From the NCBI GenBank assembly GCA_016861245.1, contig BOKZ01000001.1, positions 487,006 to 551,005 of the forward strand: 64,000 nt of DNA, given 5' to 3'. This DNA is from Patescibacteria group bacterium (GTDB taxonomy: Bacteria; Patescibacteriota; UBA1384; 2-12-FULL-50-11). Below, one piece after another: positions 8,370 through 18,059 of the stretch. Position numbers and translations under genes: made by a program. A model generated the notes under the pieces. It worked only from the letters and a program-made list of their open reading frames with translations, was not told the DNA's origin and ran no database searches. Positions within the stretch are counted from its first letter, which is position 1; the number at the start of each line of letters is the position of its first letter.

Positions 8370-11184
8370 GTTGTTCTTCCCTCAAGAACCGACCTGTAAT
8401 CGACTGTCCACACTTAATGATGTCTTCTGGCGTACCTTCAGCTACTACTTCGCCGCCTCGTGTTCCGCCGTCTGGACCGAGATCAACAATCCAGTCAGCG
8501 CAGCGGATAACGTCAGTGTTATGCTCAATAACTATTACGGTATTGCCTTTATCAACTAACTGGTAGAGCACTTGCAGTAAGCGCTGAATGTCTTCGAAGT
8601 GAAGCCCGGTTGTTGGCTCATCAAGAATATAGAGTGTTTTACCGGTATCGCGCTTAGCTAGTTCAGCGGCAAGTTTAATTCGCTGCGCCTCTCCGCCTGA
8701 GAGCGTTGTTGCTGGTTGACCGAGGCGAACGTACCCTAATCCAACAGCCTGCAAGATATCAAGTTTCTCTCGAACTTCGATTTGATCCTGAAAGAAGGTG
8801 AGCGCCTCGTCGACGGTCATCGCCAAGATATCGCTAATGTCCTTACCGCGATAACGAATCTCTAGCGTTTCGGTGTTGTAGCGTTTCCCTTTGCACTCGG
8901 TACAAGTAACGTAAACGTCTGGCAAGAAGTTCATCTCGATTTTTATCTGACCGTCGCCGCGACAGTTCTCGCACCGTCCGCCCCGCAGGTTAAAACTAAA
9001 TCGAGATGGGTCGTACCCACGATCCATCGCCTCTCTGGTATTGGCGAATAGCTCGCGGATCGGGCCGAGCGCGCTGGTGTAGGTTGCTGGGTTTGAGCGC
9101 GGCGTGCGGCCGATCGGTGATTGATCGATATTAATAATATTATCTATTGCTTCTAGCCCTGTAATTTTTTCGTGCGGCGCTGCTTCGTTCGAAGAGCTGC
9201 GAAAATGATTCTCAACGGCAACGGCGAGCGTATCTTCAACTAACGTCGATTTACCCGAACCGGAGACGCCGGTAACACAGATAAGTTTGTTGAGAGGAAA
9301 ATTGGCGGTGACGTTTTTTAAATTATTCCCCGTCGCGCCGTGGACAGTTAAAACTTGCTCGGCGTGATCGTGTCGGTGTTGTGGGAGGCGAATTAGCTTT
9401 CGGTTTGACAGATACTGACCGGTGATCGAGTTGCTGTCCGCCATCACTTCTTTCGGTGTGCCCTGCGAGATTATCTCGCCGCCCTGTTCTCCGGCTCCTG
9501 GTCCCATGTCGATAAGATAATCAGCTCGAAGCATTGTCTCGCGATCGTGTTCTACGACTATAACGGTATTGCCGCGCTCCTTCAGTTCCTCGATTGTTTT
9601 TAGTAATTTCTCATGATCGCGAGCGTGTAAGCCGATCGAAGGCTCGTCGAGGATATAAACCACTCCTGTCAAGCCAGAACCGAGCTGGTTAGCTAAACGA
9701 ATTCGCTGCGCCTCGCCGCCGGCTAAGGTGGAACTAGTGCGATTAAGCGTGAGATACCCCAAGCCTACTTCAAGGAGGTACTCAAGCCGAGAGGTGATTT
9801 CTTTTGTGATCGGCTCTGAAATCTTCTGATCGGCGCTAACTGTGCTCTTTTGGAGTTTTTTAAAGAACGCCAATGCTTCCTCGATTGTCTGACTGGTAAT
9901 ATCGATAATATTTTTATCCTCAATTTTAATTGAGAGCACTTCAACGCGCAGACGTTGGCCGTTACAGATATGGCAAAGTTTCTCGACCATGTACTTTTCG
10001 ATTTCGGCTTTAAGATAGTCTGAGTCGGTCTCCTGATATCGGCGTTCAAGGTTCGGTAATACTCCTTCGAATCGATCGTCGTTCTCGCCAGCTTCGCCGT
10101 TGAGAATGATATCAAGCGTGTTTTTTGGTAAGTCGCCGACCGGTGTGTCGAGGCTAAATTTATACTTAACGGATAGGTCGTGAAGCGCTTTCTGGTACCA
10201 GCTAGTCTGCGATGTCGTTCGACTCCACGGACGAATCGCGCCCTCTGCTAGAGTTAAACGGGGGTTCGGTAATACCAATTCTGGTTCTGCTACGAGCCGT
10301 ACTCCTAATCCCTGGCAAGACTGACACGCACCTTCGGGGTTATTAAACGAAAAGAGGCGTGGCTCGATGTCGGGGAATTGCCAACCGCATTGATGACAGG
10401 CGTATTTTTGGGAGTAGAATCGTTCTTTCTCCTTGATCGGTGAGACTCCGATCACCAAACCGCTACCAATTTTTAGCGAGCGCTCGACAGTTTTAAGTAA
10501 ATCAGCAAAAACTACCTCACGAGACTGATCGTTGCTGACCGGAAAGTCCATCGAACCAGTTAAAAACTCGATAGTGTGTCGTTTATTTTTATCGATCGTT
10601 AGGCCGATCGCTTCGTCGATGTCCATCTCAACGCCGTCGATGCGTGCCTTCAATACTCCGCTTTTTTTACCTTGTTTAAGATGGTATTTATGTTCGCCTT
10701 TACGACCCTGGATAATGACGGCATACAGTTTTACTTTTAACGTATCGTCGTTTGTAAATTCTTCTAAAATCAATTTTGCGATGGTTTCGGGATTTTGCTG
10801 TTTAACGACGATCCCGCATTTCGGGCAGTACGGTTTACCGAGGCGCGAGAAAAGCAAGCGGAGAAAGTCATAAATTTCGGTTGTCGTTGCTACTGTTGAA
10901 CGAGGGTTGCGTGCTGCTGTCTTTTGATCGATCGCGATCGCTGGGGCAAGCCCGTCGATGTAGTCAAAGTCGGGTTTTTCGATGTCGCTCATAAACTGTC
11001 TGACGTACGACGAGAGGCTCTCGACGTAACGGCGCTGACCTTCAGCGAAAATTGTGTCGAATGCAAGCGAAGATTTCCCAGAACCGGAAAGGCCAGTGAT
11101 CACAGTGATCTGGTTTTTTGGTATTTCAACGGTGAGGTTTTTTAGATTGTGGGTTCTGGCGCCAACAACGTGAATTTTTTCCAT
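8341..11184 (-). CDS. uvrA: Excinuclease ABC subunit A (copy 1)
   Basis: Two ABC modules ([18 protein letters not shown]), zinc fingers, [12 protein letters not shown]. Confidence 0.97.
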   Translation of the reverse strand: MEKIHVVGARTHNLKNLTVEIPKNQITVITGLSGSGKSSLAFDTIFAEGQRRYVESLSSYVRQFMSDIEKPDFDYIDGLAPAIAIDQKTAARNPRSTVATTTEIYDFLRLLFSRLGKPYCPKCGIVVKQQNPETIAKLILEEFTNDDTLKVKLYAVIIQGRKGEHKYHLKQGKKSGVLKARIDGVEMDIDEAIGLTIDKNKRHTIEFLTGSMDFPVSNDQSREVVFADLLKTVERSLKIGSGLVIGVSPIKEKERFYSQKYACHQCGWQFPDIEPRLFSFNNPEGACQSCQGLGVRLVAEPELVLPNPRLTLAEGAIRPWSRTTSQTSWYQKALHDLSVKYKFSLDTPVGDLPKNTLDIILNGEAGENDDRFEGVLPNLERRYQETDSDYLKAEIEKYMVEKLCHICNGQRLRVEVLSIKIEDKNIIDITSQTIEEALAFFKKLQKSTVSADQKISEPITKEITSRLEYLLEVGLGYLTLNRTSSTLAGGEAQRIRLANQLGSGLTGVVYILDEPSIGLHARDHEKLLKTIEELKERGNTVIVVEHDRETMLRADYLIDMGPGAGEQGGEIISQGTPKEVMADSNSITGQYLSNRKLIRLPQHRHDHAEQVLTVHGATGNNLKNVTANFPLNKLICVTGVSGSGKSTLVEDTLAVAVENHFRSSSNEAAPHEKITGLEAIDNIINIDQSPIGRTPRSNPATYTSALGPIRELFANTREAMDRGYDPSRFSFNLRGGRCENCRGDGQIKIEMNFLPDVYVTCTECKGKRYNTETLEIRYRGKDISDILAMTVDEALTFFQDQIEVREKLDILQAVGLGYVRLGQPATTLSGGEAQRIKLAAELAKRDTGKTLYILDEPTTGLHFEDIQRLLQVLYQLVDKGNTVIVIEHNTDVIRCADWIVDLGPDGGTRGGEVVAEGTPEDIIKCGQSITGRFLREEQHEREQKVAA

Positions 11185-11320
11185 AAATATGAACTAGTTT
11201 GTGCTGTTGGCAAGTGTAGCATGTTTTACGGTGGTCATACAAGGGTCTGAGGGTCTTGCAATTTGGTAGCCAACAGTTACAACTGTGAAAGAGAAAAAAG
11301 GAGTAATGAAGGAGGAAGTA

Positions 11321-11794
11321 ATGTTAAAAACTGGTCCGAATGATGGTGTAAGCGGTCCTGGTACAGTCGTCGGCGTTAACGTCGCACTATCAGGTACGCT
11401 GAAAGATCAGAACGATATCGCAGTGTACGGTATGGTCGACGGCGAAGTAGTCTCAGATAAGTCTGTGACAGTCGGTCAAACCGCTCAAGTAAAGGGTCCT
11501 GTTCGCGGTAAGGTAATAACAATCGCCGGCGTGGTGCGCGGCTCGATCGACGCGTCGGAAAAGTTAGAGATACTTGAGACCGGGAAAGTTTTCGGTAGTA
11601 TCGCTACTCGCGATTTAGTGGTTCGCTCAGGTGCGGTGATCGCCGGCAAGGTCGCAATGGGCGCCGACGAAGGCGAAGAACCAGAGATAAAAGCCCCTGA
11701 AGATACAGAGCAAAAAGATGAATCGATCGAACAATCGACCGAGCCCGAGGCGTCAGCTCAGGAAGCGGCAGAACTAACACCGGACGAGGAGTAA
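11321..11794 (+). CDS. Bactofilin (polymer-forming cytoskeletal protein) with acidic tail
   Basis: Beta-helical repeats TVVGVNVALSGTL...VYGMVDGEV...IAGVVRGSI; AAGGAGG SD. Confidence 0.88.
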   Translation: MLKTGPNDGVSGPGTVVGVNVALSGTLKDQNDIAVYGMVDGEVVSDKSVTVGQTAQVKGPVRGKVITIAGVVRGSIDASEKLEILETGKVFGSIATRDLVVRSGAVIAGKVAMGADEGEEPEIKAPEDTEQKDESIEQSTEPEASAQEAAELTPDEE

Positions 11795-11818
11795 TTGCTG
11801 CCATTGGCGGCGAAGTAG

Positions 11819-12547
11819 ATGTACTACTACATCCTTGAATCCCCATCGAGTCGTGCGATCCGTCAGAATTATCAGCGATTGCGTGATCTGCTGACGAATT
11901 TTGGTATCGCCGGCGAAATGGTAACCGCGAGTCCGGCTCGTACTCCGGCCGAACTTACGAATATGGGGATCTCAAAGGGATATTCGACAATTGTTGCTGT
12001 CGGATCCGACGCTCACATTAATCAAATTGCCACCTCCTTACTCGGAAGAGCGGTGCTGGGAATTATCCCGATCGGCGCCAGCGACGAGATCGTCGAACTA
12101 ATCGGCAGCGCCGATATTAAAGGCGCCGCTGAGTCGCTTAAACAACGCAAGATTAGTTTGCAGCCCACGTTGTTCATCGAACCCGATACACTAGTATTTC
12201 TCGATGGTGTAATCGAGACACAACAGCTTTGTAAGATCACGATCGTTTGTGACAACAAAGTCCGGATTCACGCCTACTTCAATAAACTCCGTGTTAACCG
12301 CAATTTAGAGATTGATCTCGAAAGTACTCACACAACAGAAGTAAAACGGTTTTTAGGCATTTTTGGCCCGACTGCGCAAAGCGTTACTTCAAGAAGCCAT
12401 TTTCATGGAAAAAACGTTCGCATCGTCACGGATCCGCCGTTAAAACTGACCGTCGCCGGTGAGGCAGTTGCGACCGCTCCACTCCAGTTACGATACGTCC
12501 CCGAGTCCTTGAAACTGATTACCAAACGTGGTACAGTTCTTGAGTAA
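11819..12547 (+). CDS. Diacylglycerol kinase-like (DAGK_cat) protein, degenerate
   Basis: TIVAVGSDAHINQ in place of GGDGTxNE; LGIIPIG; C-terminal VAGE...P. Confidence 0.7.
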   Translation: MYYYILESPSSRAIRQNYQRLRDLLTNFGIAGEMVTASPARTPAELTNMGISKGYSTIVAVGSDAHINQIATSLLGRAVLGIIPIGASDEIVELIGSADIKGAAESLKQRKISLQPTLFIEPDTLVFLDGVIETQQLCKITIVCDNKVRIHAYFNKLRVNRNLEIDLESTHTTEVKRFLGIFGPTAQSVTSRSHFHGKNVRIVTDPPLKLTVAGEAVATAPLQLRYVPESLKLITKRGTVLE

Positions 12548-12629
12548 CATGGGTGTCAAGTTTTTACCCAGTGGTAATGTACATTAAACCTCACGAAGTG
12601 ACGGTAGTTTTGATTGTGGGAGCCTAGCA

Positions 12630-13133
12630 ATAGAAAAAGAACTTCGAATTAACGAAGAGATAACCGCAGACAAAGTCCACCTAATTATGGAGGACGGACG
12701 ATCAGCTGGCGACGTCTCACTCGATCAAGCCCGCTATCTTGCGGCGCAGTACGATCTAGACCTTGTAGAGATCGCCCCCAAAGCTGTACCTCCGGTCGCG
12801 CGGATCCTCGATTACAACAAATACCGTTATCAACAAGAGAAACACGCTCGTCAAACTGGTAAAAATACCAAAGGGAACGAGATGAAAGAAGTTAGACTCG
12901 GTTTCAAGACCGACGAGCACGATTTAACCACCAAGGCTAAGCGCGCTAAGCAGTTCCTAGAACAGGGCAACTTCGTTCGTGTCTTCATCACACTTCGCGG
13001 TCGTGAGAATATTTTTCCAGACAAAGCTAAACAAACTCTACAGGAGTTTCAGCAGCTTGTCGGAGCCACTGCCGAACAACCGATTACCCACATCGGCAAT
13101 AAAGTCGCCGTTATATTAAAGAATAAGAAATAA
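12630..13133 (+). CDS. infC: Translation initiation factor IF-3 (non-canonical ATA start)
   Basis: In-frame extension ATA-EKELRINEEI upstream of the track start; GGGAG SD; DLVEIAP...PPVARI. Confidence 0.93.
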   Translation: MEKELRINEEITADKVHLIMEDGRSAGDVSLDQARYLAAQYDLDLVEIAPKAVPPVARILDYNKYRYQQEKHARQTGKNTKGNEMKEVRLGFKTDEHDLTTKAKRAKQFLEQGNFVRVFITLRGRENIFPDKAKQTLQEFQQLVGATAEQPITHIGNKVAVILKNKK

Positions 13134-13135
13134 AG

Positions 13136-13330
13136 ATGCCAAAAATTAAATCTCATAAAGCAGTTACTAAACGATTCCGAACCACTGGGTCTGGATTGTT
13201 GGTTGGTCGAAAAATGTCGGTCGCACACCGAGCCAGATTCAAATCTAAACGGGCCAAGCAAAACGCCGGTAACACTTTAGTTGTATCAAACGGGCACGCT
13301 AAGAAATTACGAAAGGTTGTAGGCAAGTAA
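13136..13330 (+). CDS. rpmI: 50S ribosomal protein L35
   Basis: [14 protein letters not shown]; infC-rpmI-rplT synteny. Confidence 0.95.
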   Translation: MPKIKSHKAVTKRFRTTGSGLLVGRKMSVAHRARFKSKRAKQNAGNTLVVSNGHAKKLRKVVGK

Positions 13331-13332
13331 AC

Positions 13333-13692
13333 ATGGCACGCATTAAACGAGGTCTACAAGTTAAGAAACGTCACAAAAAATTATTACGACTAACAAAAGG
13401 CTATAAACTTGGTCGGAATAATCTCTTCCGACAAGCAAAACAAGCGTTATTGAAGGCCGGACAGTTTGCGTATCGCGATCGTCGTAATAAAAAGCGAGAT
13501 TTTCGCAAACTCTGGATCGTCCAATTAAACGCTGCCGCTCGAGTTAACGGCCTAAGTTATAGCAAGCTAATCGCTGGTTTAAATAAAGCTGAGATCACTC
13601 TCAATCGAAAAGTGTTAGCGGAGCTGTCGATTTCAGCGCCTGAGCAGTTCGCGGCTATCGCCGAAAAGGCTAAAAAAGCGCTTCAGGACTAA
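13333..13692 (+). CDS. rplT: 50S ribosomal protein L20
   Basis: [31 protein letters not shown]. Confidence 0.97.
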   Translation: MARIKRGLQVKKRHKKLLRLTKGYKLGRNNLFRQAKQALLKAGQFAYRDRRNKKRDFRKLWIVQLNAAARVNGLSYSKLIAGLNKAEITLNRKVLAELSISAPEQFAAIAEKAKKALQD

Positions 13693-14459
13693 TTTCGGCG
13701 TCGTCGGAAGATAAAGTTTTTAATTACTAACCCGACGTTATTTCGTTCGATGCGCGGTCCGTGCATCTTCCAGAACAGGATATAAACCAACACAATTAGT
13801 GCGAGGTAGACGAGCGCTTCAACGCGGCCGTTGCTACCTGCAAAATCCGCTCGAAGGGTTTTAATTAGTAATTCGCCCAGAAACAGCCCTTCAAGTGCCA
13901 GAAAGAAAACTACGCCGTTACTCAATCGTCTTGTTAGCCACGTTCGAAAGAGAAGAACTCCAACGATGATCGCCCAAACCGCGCTGAAGATATCGATCGG
14001 AAACACCCCGTTGACTGCCAAAAAACTGTCAGTCGGTCTTCCTATCGAACAAGTTGAGAGAAAACAACCAAATTTACCAACTGCCCAAGCGGCGAGCAAA
14101 CCAAGCGCCGCGATGTCGAGCGACTGCCATACCGAGTCTTTCTCCTTCCGAATAAAATAAAGGTACGTCAGAAATCCGACGACAATCCCACCGAGCGCGA
14201 CAAGCCCACCTTGCCAAAAGTACAATACCTGCCAAAAATTCTGGAATTGATTTGAGTAGATGAAGTAGTACGTCAATCGGGCGCCGATCAATGAGAACAG
14301 TAAAGTATAAAGAATGGTGTCAAAAAGGTGGTGCGTTTTTAACTTTCGATATTTTGTTGCGCGAAAGATTAATATTCCGCCGATAATCGTTCCAAGGGCG
14401 ATAAAAGTGCCAAATGAGTAGAACTTGAATCGACCGATCTCGAATAATATTGGGAGCAT
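13689..14459 (-). CDS. lgt: Prolipoprotein diacylglyceryl transferase-like protein (divergent)
   Basis: PILFEIG...YSFG, IGARLTY, WQGGL, GKFGCF; 7 TM. Confidence 0.8.
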   Translation of the reverse strand: MLPILFEIGRFKFYSFGTFIALGTIIGGILIFRATKYRKLKTHHLFDTILYTLLFSLIGARLTYYFIYSNQFQNFWQVLYFWQGGLVALGGIVVGFLTYLYFIRKEKDSVWQSLDIAALGLLAAWAVGKFGCFLSTCSIGRPTDSFLAVNGVFPIDIFSAVWAIIVGVLLFRTWLTRRLSNGVVFFLALEGLFLGELLIKTLRADFAGSNGRVEALVYLALIVLVYILFWKMHGPRIERNNVGLVIKNFIFRRRRN

Positions 14460-14544
14460 TACCTTGACAGTATTGCCGATTCCCGCCCGCTGGTCAAACA
14501 ATTTACTCGAGAATCTCAGAGAATACAGGTATAATTTTGATCAA

Positions 14545-14616
14545 GCGCGGTTAGCTCAGCGGCAGAGCATTACCTTCACACGGTAGGGGTCAGTGGTTCG
14601 AATCCACTACCGCGCA
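14545..14616 (+). tRNA. tRNA-Val(CAC)
   Basis: GCGCGGTTAGCTCAGCGGCAGAGCATTACCTT-CAC-ACGGTAG...GGTTCGAATCC...CCGCGCA. Confidence 0.95.
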
Positions 14617-14656
14617 CAATGGTAATACAATTAATTTCCGGTACAATTTTTCAGTA

Positions 14657-15196
14657 ATGTCACGATACTCATCGGTATTTGAAGTTTTTCGAGTGATCGC
14701 CATCGTTTTTATCTCGGCGGTCATCATTCGCTACTTTCTATTTCAACCGTTTATCGTTGAGGGATCGAGTATGGAACCAAACTATCACAACAGCGAGTAT
14801 CTATTTATCGAGAAAGTCTCGTACCGTTTTCGCGAACCGAAGCGCGGTGAAGTTGTGGTATTTCGGTACCCAAATAACCCGAGCATCAACTACATTAAAA
14901 GAATTATCGGAGTACCGGGTGATACTGTCCGAATTGAAAACGGGGTCGTCTCCGTTAACGGCAAGCAACTTTCTGAAGAATACCTAGAAGAAGGTACAAA
15001 AACGATCGTCAATCGATCGCCGGATTTGCCGTACGAAGTAACGGTCCCGAACCATAAATATTTTGTGATGGGCGATAACCGTTCGCACTCCTCGGATTCG
15101 CGCGATGGTTGGTTGGTTGATCGTCAGATGATCATTGGGCGATCAGCGGCGACGCTCTACACCAATTCTCCGTCTCAATCTCCAGTTACGTTTTAA
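14657..15196 (+). CDS. lepB: Signal peptidase I
   Basis: GSSMEP, YIKRIIGVPGD, GDNRSHSSDSR. Confidence 0.96.
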   Translation: MSRYSSVFEVFRVIAIVFISAVIIRYFLFQPFIVEGSSMEPNYHNSEYLFIEKVSYRFREPKRGEVVVFRYPNNPSINYIKRIIGVPGDTVRIENGVVSVNGKQLSEEYLEEGTKTIVNRSPDLPYEVTVPNHKYFVMGDNRSHSSDSRDGWLVDRQMIIGRSAATLYTNSPSQSPVTF

Positions 15197-16230
15197 CGGG
15201 GAGTGTGCGTTTGAATCCAGTCTAATATTTGATTGATCCCGTCTTTTTTAATAGCCGAGATCGCCACTTGGTCGAAACGAGAGAGATGTCGATGCGTTGG
15301 TACGTTCGGGTTCTCCAAGAGATCGGTCTTATTAAACACAACCAGAACTGGTTTACCGAGCTCTTTGGCGTAGTAAATTAAATGGAGGTCGCCTCTAGTA
15401 CTGCCGGCCGTTGAGTCGAGCACAGCGATCACGATATCGGCTTGAGTTATCGCTGTTAGTGTTCGTTTAACACTAAACGCCTCGGGTCCGCGGTCAATTT
15501 TGCCGCGTCGACGAACTCCGGCGGTATCGGCGAGAACGTACTCCTGAGAGCCGATCGTTACTTTTTCAGTGACAATATCTCTGGTTGTACCGGCAAGCGG
15601 ACTCACTACTGCCCGTTGAGTGTTTGTTAATGCGTTTAGTAGTGTAGATTTTCCGACGTTCGGTCTTCCAACTAACGCGATTACTGGTTGCGGGTGGGAC
15701 GGGATTATTACGTTTGGTAAATAGTTACAAATTGCTTCGAGTAGATCGCCGGTCCCGCGTCCGCTACTAGCTGAAACTTCGTAGTACGGCAGTCCGATAT
15801 CTGATAATCGCTCGAGCTTATGAAGCCTGTGGATCGAATCGACTTTATTCGCTACCAGCCAAACGGTTCGCTTTCCTCGGAGTTGGTTAAGGAAGTTTTT
15901 ATTTCGATCGTGAAGACCGGTGGCGGCGTCGTACACAAAAAGCACTAAATCTGCTTCTTCAGTTGCCTTTTGCATCTGCTCGAAAATCTGTGGCGTCAGC
16001 TCAGAATCGTCGTCAACTAAGCCGCCGGTGTCGACCAAACTAAAGTACTGCCCTTGCCACTCTACCTCGCCGTACACCCTGTCCCGAGTCGTCGATTCCT
16101 CTTTGGCAGTAACTGCTTGCCACGAACCTGTTAATCGATTAAAAAGCGAAGATTTTCCGGCGTTTGTTGGTCCGATTAGCGCTACGAGTGGCAAGACCGA
16201 GTGATCAGTTGTTGTTGAAGGGTTTTCCAT
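15193..16230 (-). CDS. der: Ribosome biogenesis GTPase Der/EngA (two G domains, no KH domain)
   Basis: GPTNAGKSS...TTRD...DTGG...NKVD; GRPNVGKST...GTTRD...DTAG...NKTD. Confidence 0.9.
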   Translation of the reverse strand: MENPSTTTDHSVLPLVALIGPTNAGKSSLFNRLTGSWQAVTAKEESTTRDRVYGEVEWQGQYFSLVDTGGLVDDDSELTPQIFEQMQKATEEADLVLFVYDAATGLHDRNKNFLNQLRGKRTVWLVANKVDSIHRLHKLERLSDIGLPYYEVSASSGRGTGDLLEAICNYLPNVIIPSHPQPVIALVGRPNVGKSTLLNALTNTQRAVVSPLAGTTRDIVTEKVTIGSQEYVLADTAGVRRRGKIDRGPEAFSVKRTLTAITQADIVIAVLDSTAGSTRGDLHLIYYAKELGKPVLVVFNKTDLLENPNVPTHRHLSRFDQVAISAIKKDGINQILDWIQTHTPR

Positions 16231-16234
16231 TAGA

Positions 16235-17917
16235 ATGCAGGTGATGTTATACGCAGAGGTAATCGTGGCGACTAGAACGAACACACAAGAACTTACCTAT
16301 GCTGTTAGTGCTCAAATTGTACCTTATATAAGGTTGGGTAGTCTAGTTACCGTACCGCTCCGGCGTAAAACCGTACGCGGTGTTGTGGTTAGATTGCGTC
16401 AGAGCGTTCCAATTCAAATTAAATCGAAACTTCGGGAGATTCTTAATATTGATCGCAGCGGAATGATCGCTCCAGCATCAATTAAAGTTATGCAATCACT
16501 TTCAGAGCATTACGGTGCGAGTTTGGCAGAGGTTGCCTACCACTTGTTAAGAGAAACAACGCCGTCGGCAAGTAGCGGTTCTGTTGGTCAAAGCAAAGAC
16601 CCGATCTACGTCCAAGCAGCGTGGCTGCAGCGTCAAGAACAATATATGTCGTTGATTAAAGCGTTCCCGGGAAGAGTGCTTTTACTTTTTTCACAACAAG
16701 AATACCTTGCTTCGTTTGAGCGTTCGTTATTACAGACTCCAGCGTTGCGAAAACGATGCTTGTTAAAAACGTTATCTGGCGCCTTCTCCCAATTGCCGCT
16801 AGGCTCGATGATTATCGTCGACCAACCGTATCACATCGGTGGAAAGTCGATGCGTCGTCCGTTTATGACTACAAAAACGATCGCTGAAACTCGAGCGCAG
16901 TACGAGGAGCACCAACTTGTACTAGGTAACGGAGTGCTCGGGTTCGAGGAGATAATAAATGTGAGTGAGAAAAAAGCAAAACTTGTTTCTGTCTCGCCGT
17001 CGTCCGTATCGTTTGTAGTCACTAAACAAACTACGCGTCAGGGCATCGGCGAGACGACGATTAATCAAATTAACAAGGTGTTGTCGAAGCAAAAAAATGT
17101 CGCTGTTATCACCCCATCCGGGAGCTGGGCGCCGGCGTTCTTTTGCTCAGATTGCCAAAGCACGCTTCAATGTCCGCGCTGCGCGCGGCCGATCGGGCTA
17201 AATTCACCTACAACTCACCAGTGTCAGTATTGCGGTTATACACAACAGCGATTAACTGTCTGCCCGAGTTGCCAGAGCGAGAATCTAGTCGAAGTCGGCG
17301 TTGGGGTTCGACAGCTGCAAGCGTTTATTAAAAAGCACATCCCGAAGTCGGTGGTAGTTGAATTAGGCGATAAAGACCTAGATAACGGCGGTAAAATACT
17401 CGTCACTAATGAAAAGTTTTTCAGCAACCCCATTCATCGGTTTGGCTTAGTTGTATTAGTCGGTTGGGATCGATTAGTTTCTGGTGTTTTTCCCGACGGC
17501 AACTGGCGTCTGCTTAACACTATCATCGAGATTCAAGGCCAAGTACCGTCGATTGTGGTTGAGACGCTCTACCCTGAACACTACTGCTGGGGAAACGTTA
17601 CAGCCGAAAAACTCCGTCGTTTTTTTGAAGAAGAGCTGAAAGAACGACGACGCTTATCGCTCCCGCCGTACGGGCAGATTATCGAGGTTGTCGGTCGCGG
17701 TTCGATTCGCACACTAGAGCATCAACAGGAAGAATTATTACAAAAACTTGAGTCAAAAGGATACATTGTCCTACCAAAATCTTCGCTCGTTCGTGGCAAA
17801 AGTTACGAACTATCGTTATCGGTTTTTTCTTCAAAAAAATTTTCAACCAAACAGAAGCAACTAATCCGTGAGCAATTACCGCCAAGTTGGCATTTAGATG
17901 TCGACATTGCGAGTTAG
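16235..17917 (+). CDS. priA: Primosomal protein N' (PriA), helicase-degenerate
   Basis: N-terminal LTY...G.LV.VPL; four CxxC pairs; ERRRLSLPPY; priA-def-fmt synteny. Confidence 0.82.
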   Translation: MQVMLYAEVIVATRTNTQELTYAVSAQIVPYIRLGSLVTVPLRRKTVRGVVVRLRQSVPIQIKSKLREILNIDRSGMIAPASIKVMQSLSEHYGASLAEVAYHLLRETTPSASSGSVGQSKDPIYVQAAWLQRQEQYMSLIKAFPGRVLLLFSQQEYLASFERSLLQTPALRKRCLLKTLSGAFSQLPLGSMIIVDQPYHIGGKSMRRPFMTTKTIAETRAQYEEHQLVLGNGVLGFEEIINVSEKKAKLVSVSPSSVSFVVTKQTTRQGIGETTINQINKVLSKQKNVAVITPSGSWAPAFFCSDCQSTLQCPRCARPIGLNSPTTHQCQYCGYTQQRLTVCPSCQSENLVEVGVGVRQLQAFIKKHIPKSVVVELGDKDLDNGGKILVTNEKFFSNPIHRFGLVVLVGWDRLVSGVFPDGNWRLLNTIIEIQGQVPSIVVETLYPEHYCWGNVTAEKLRRFFEEELKERRRLSLPPYGQIIEVVGRGSIRTLEHQQEELLQKLESKGYIVLPKSSLVRGKSYELSLSVFSSKKFSTKQKQLIREQLPPSWHLDVDIAS

Positions 17918-17934
17918 CGCAGACTAACTAACGA

Positions 17935-18029
17935 CCCTAGCGCTCGATTTTGAACAACTTGTTGTGAAAAACGGATGCTAGTCTCGATTTTGAACAACTT
18001 GTTGTGAAAACGAGCCCTAGCGCTCGATT
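17935..18029. repeat. ~40-bp period palindromic tandem repeat (about 2.4 copies)
   Basis: ctcgattttgaacaacttgttgtgaaaa at 17943-17970 and 17983-18010; ccctagcgctcgatt at 17935 and 18015. Confidence 0.9.
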
Positions 18030-18059
18030 ATCTCCTCCTGTTAGAGTAAAATTACTCTT

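Noticed and set aside
12548-12629. L20 leader RNA upstream of infC
   Set aside because: The position fits, but I could not recognise the consensus structure by eye.
17935-18029. Mini CRISPR array
   Set aside because: Only two full repeats with a 12-nt intervening segment that is itself part of the repeat unit; no cas genes.
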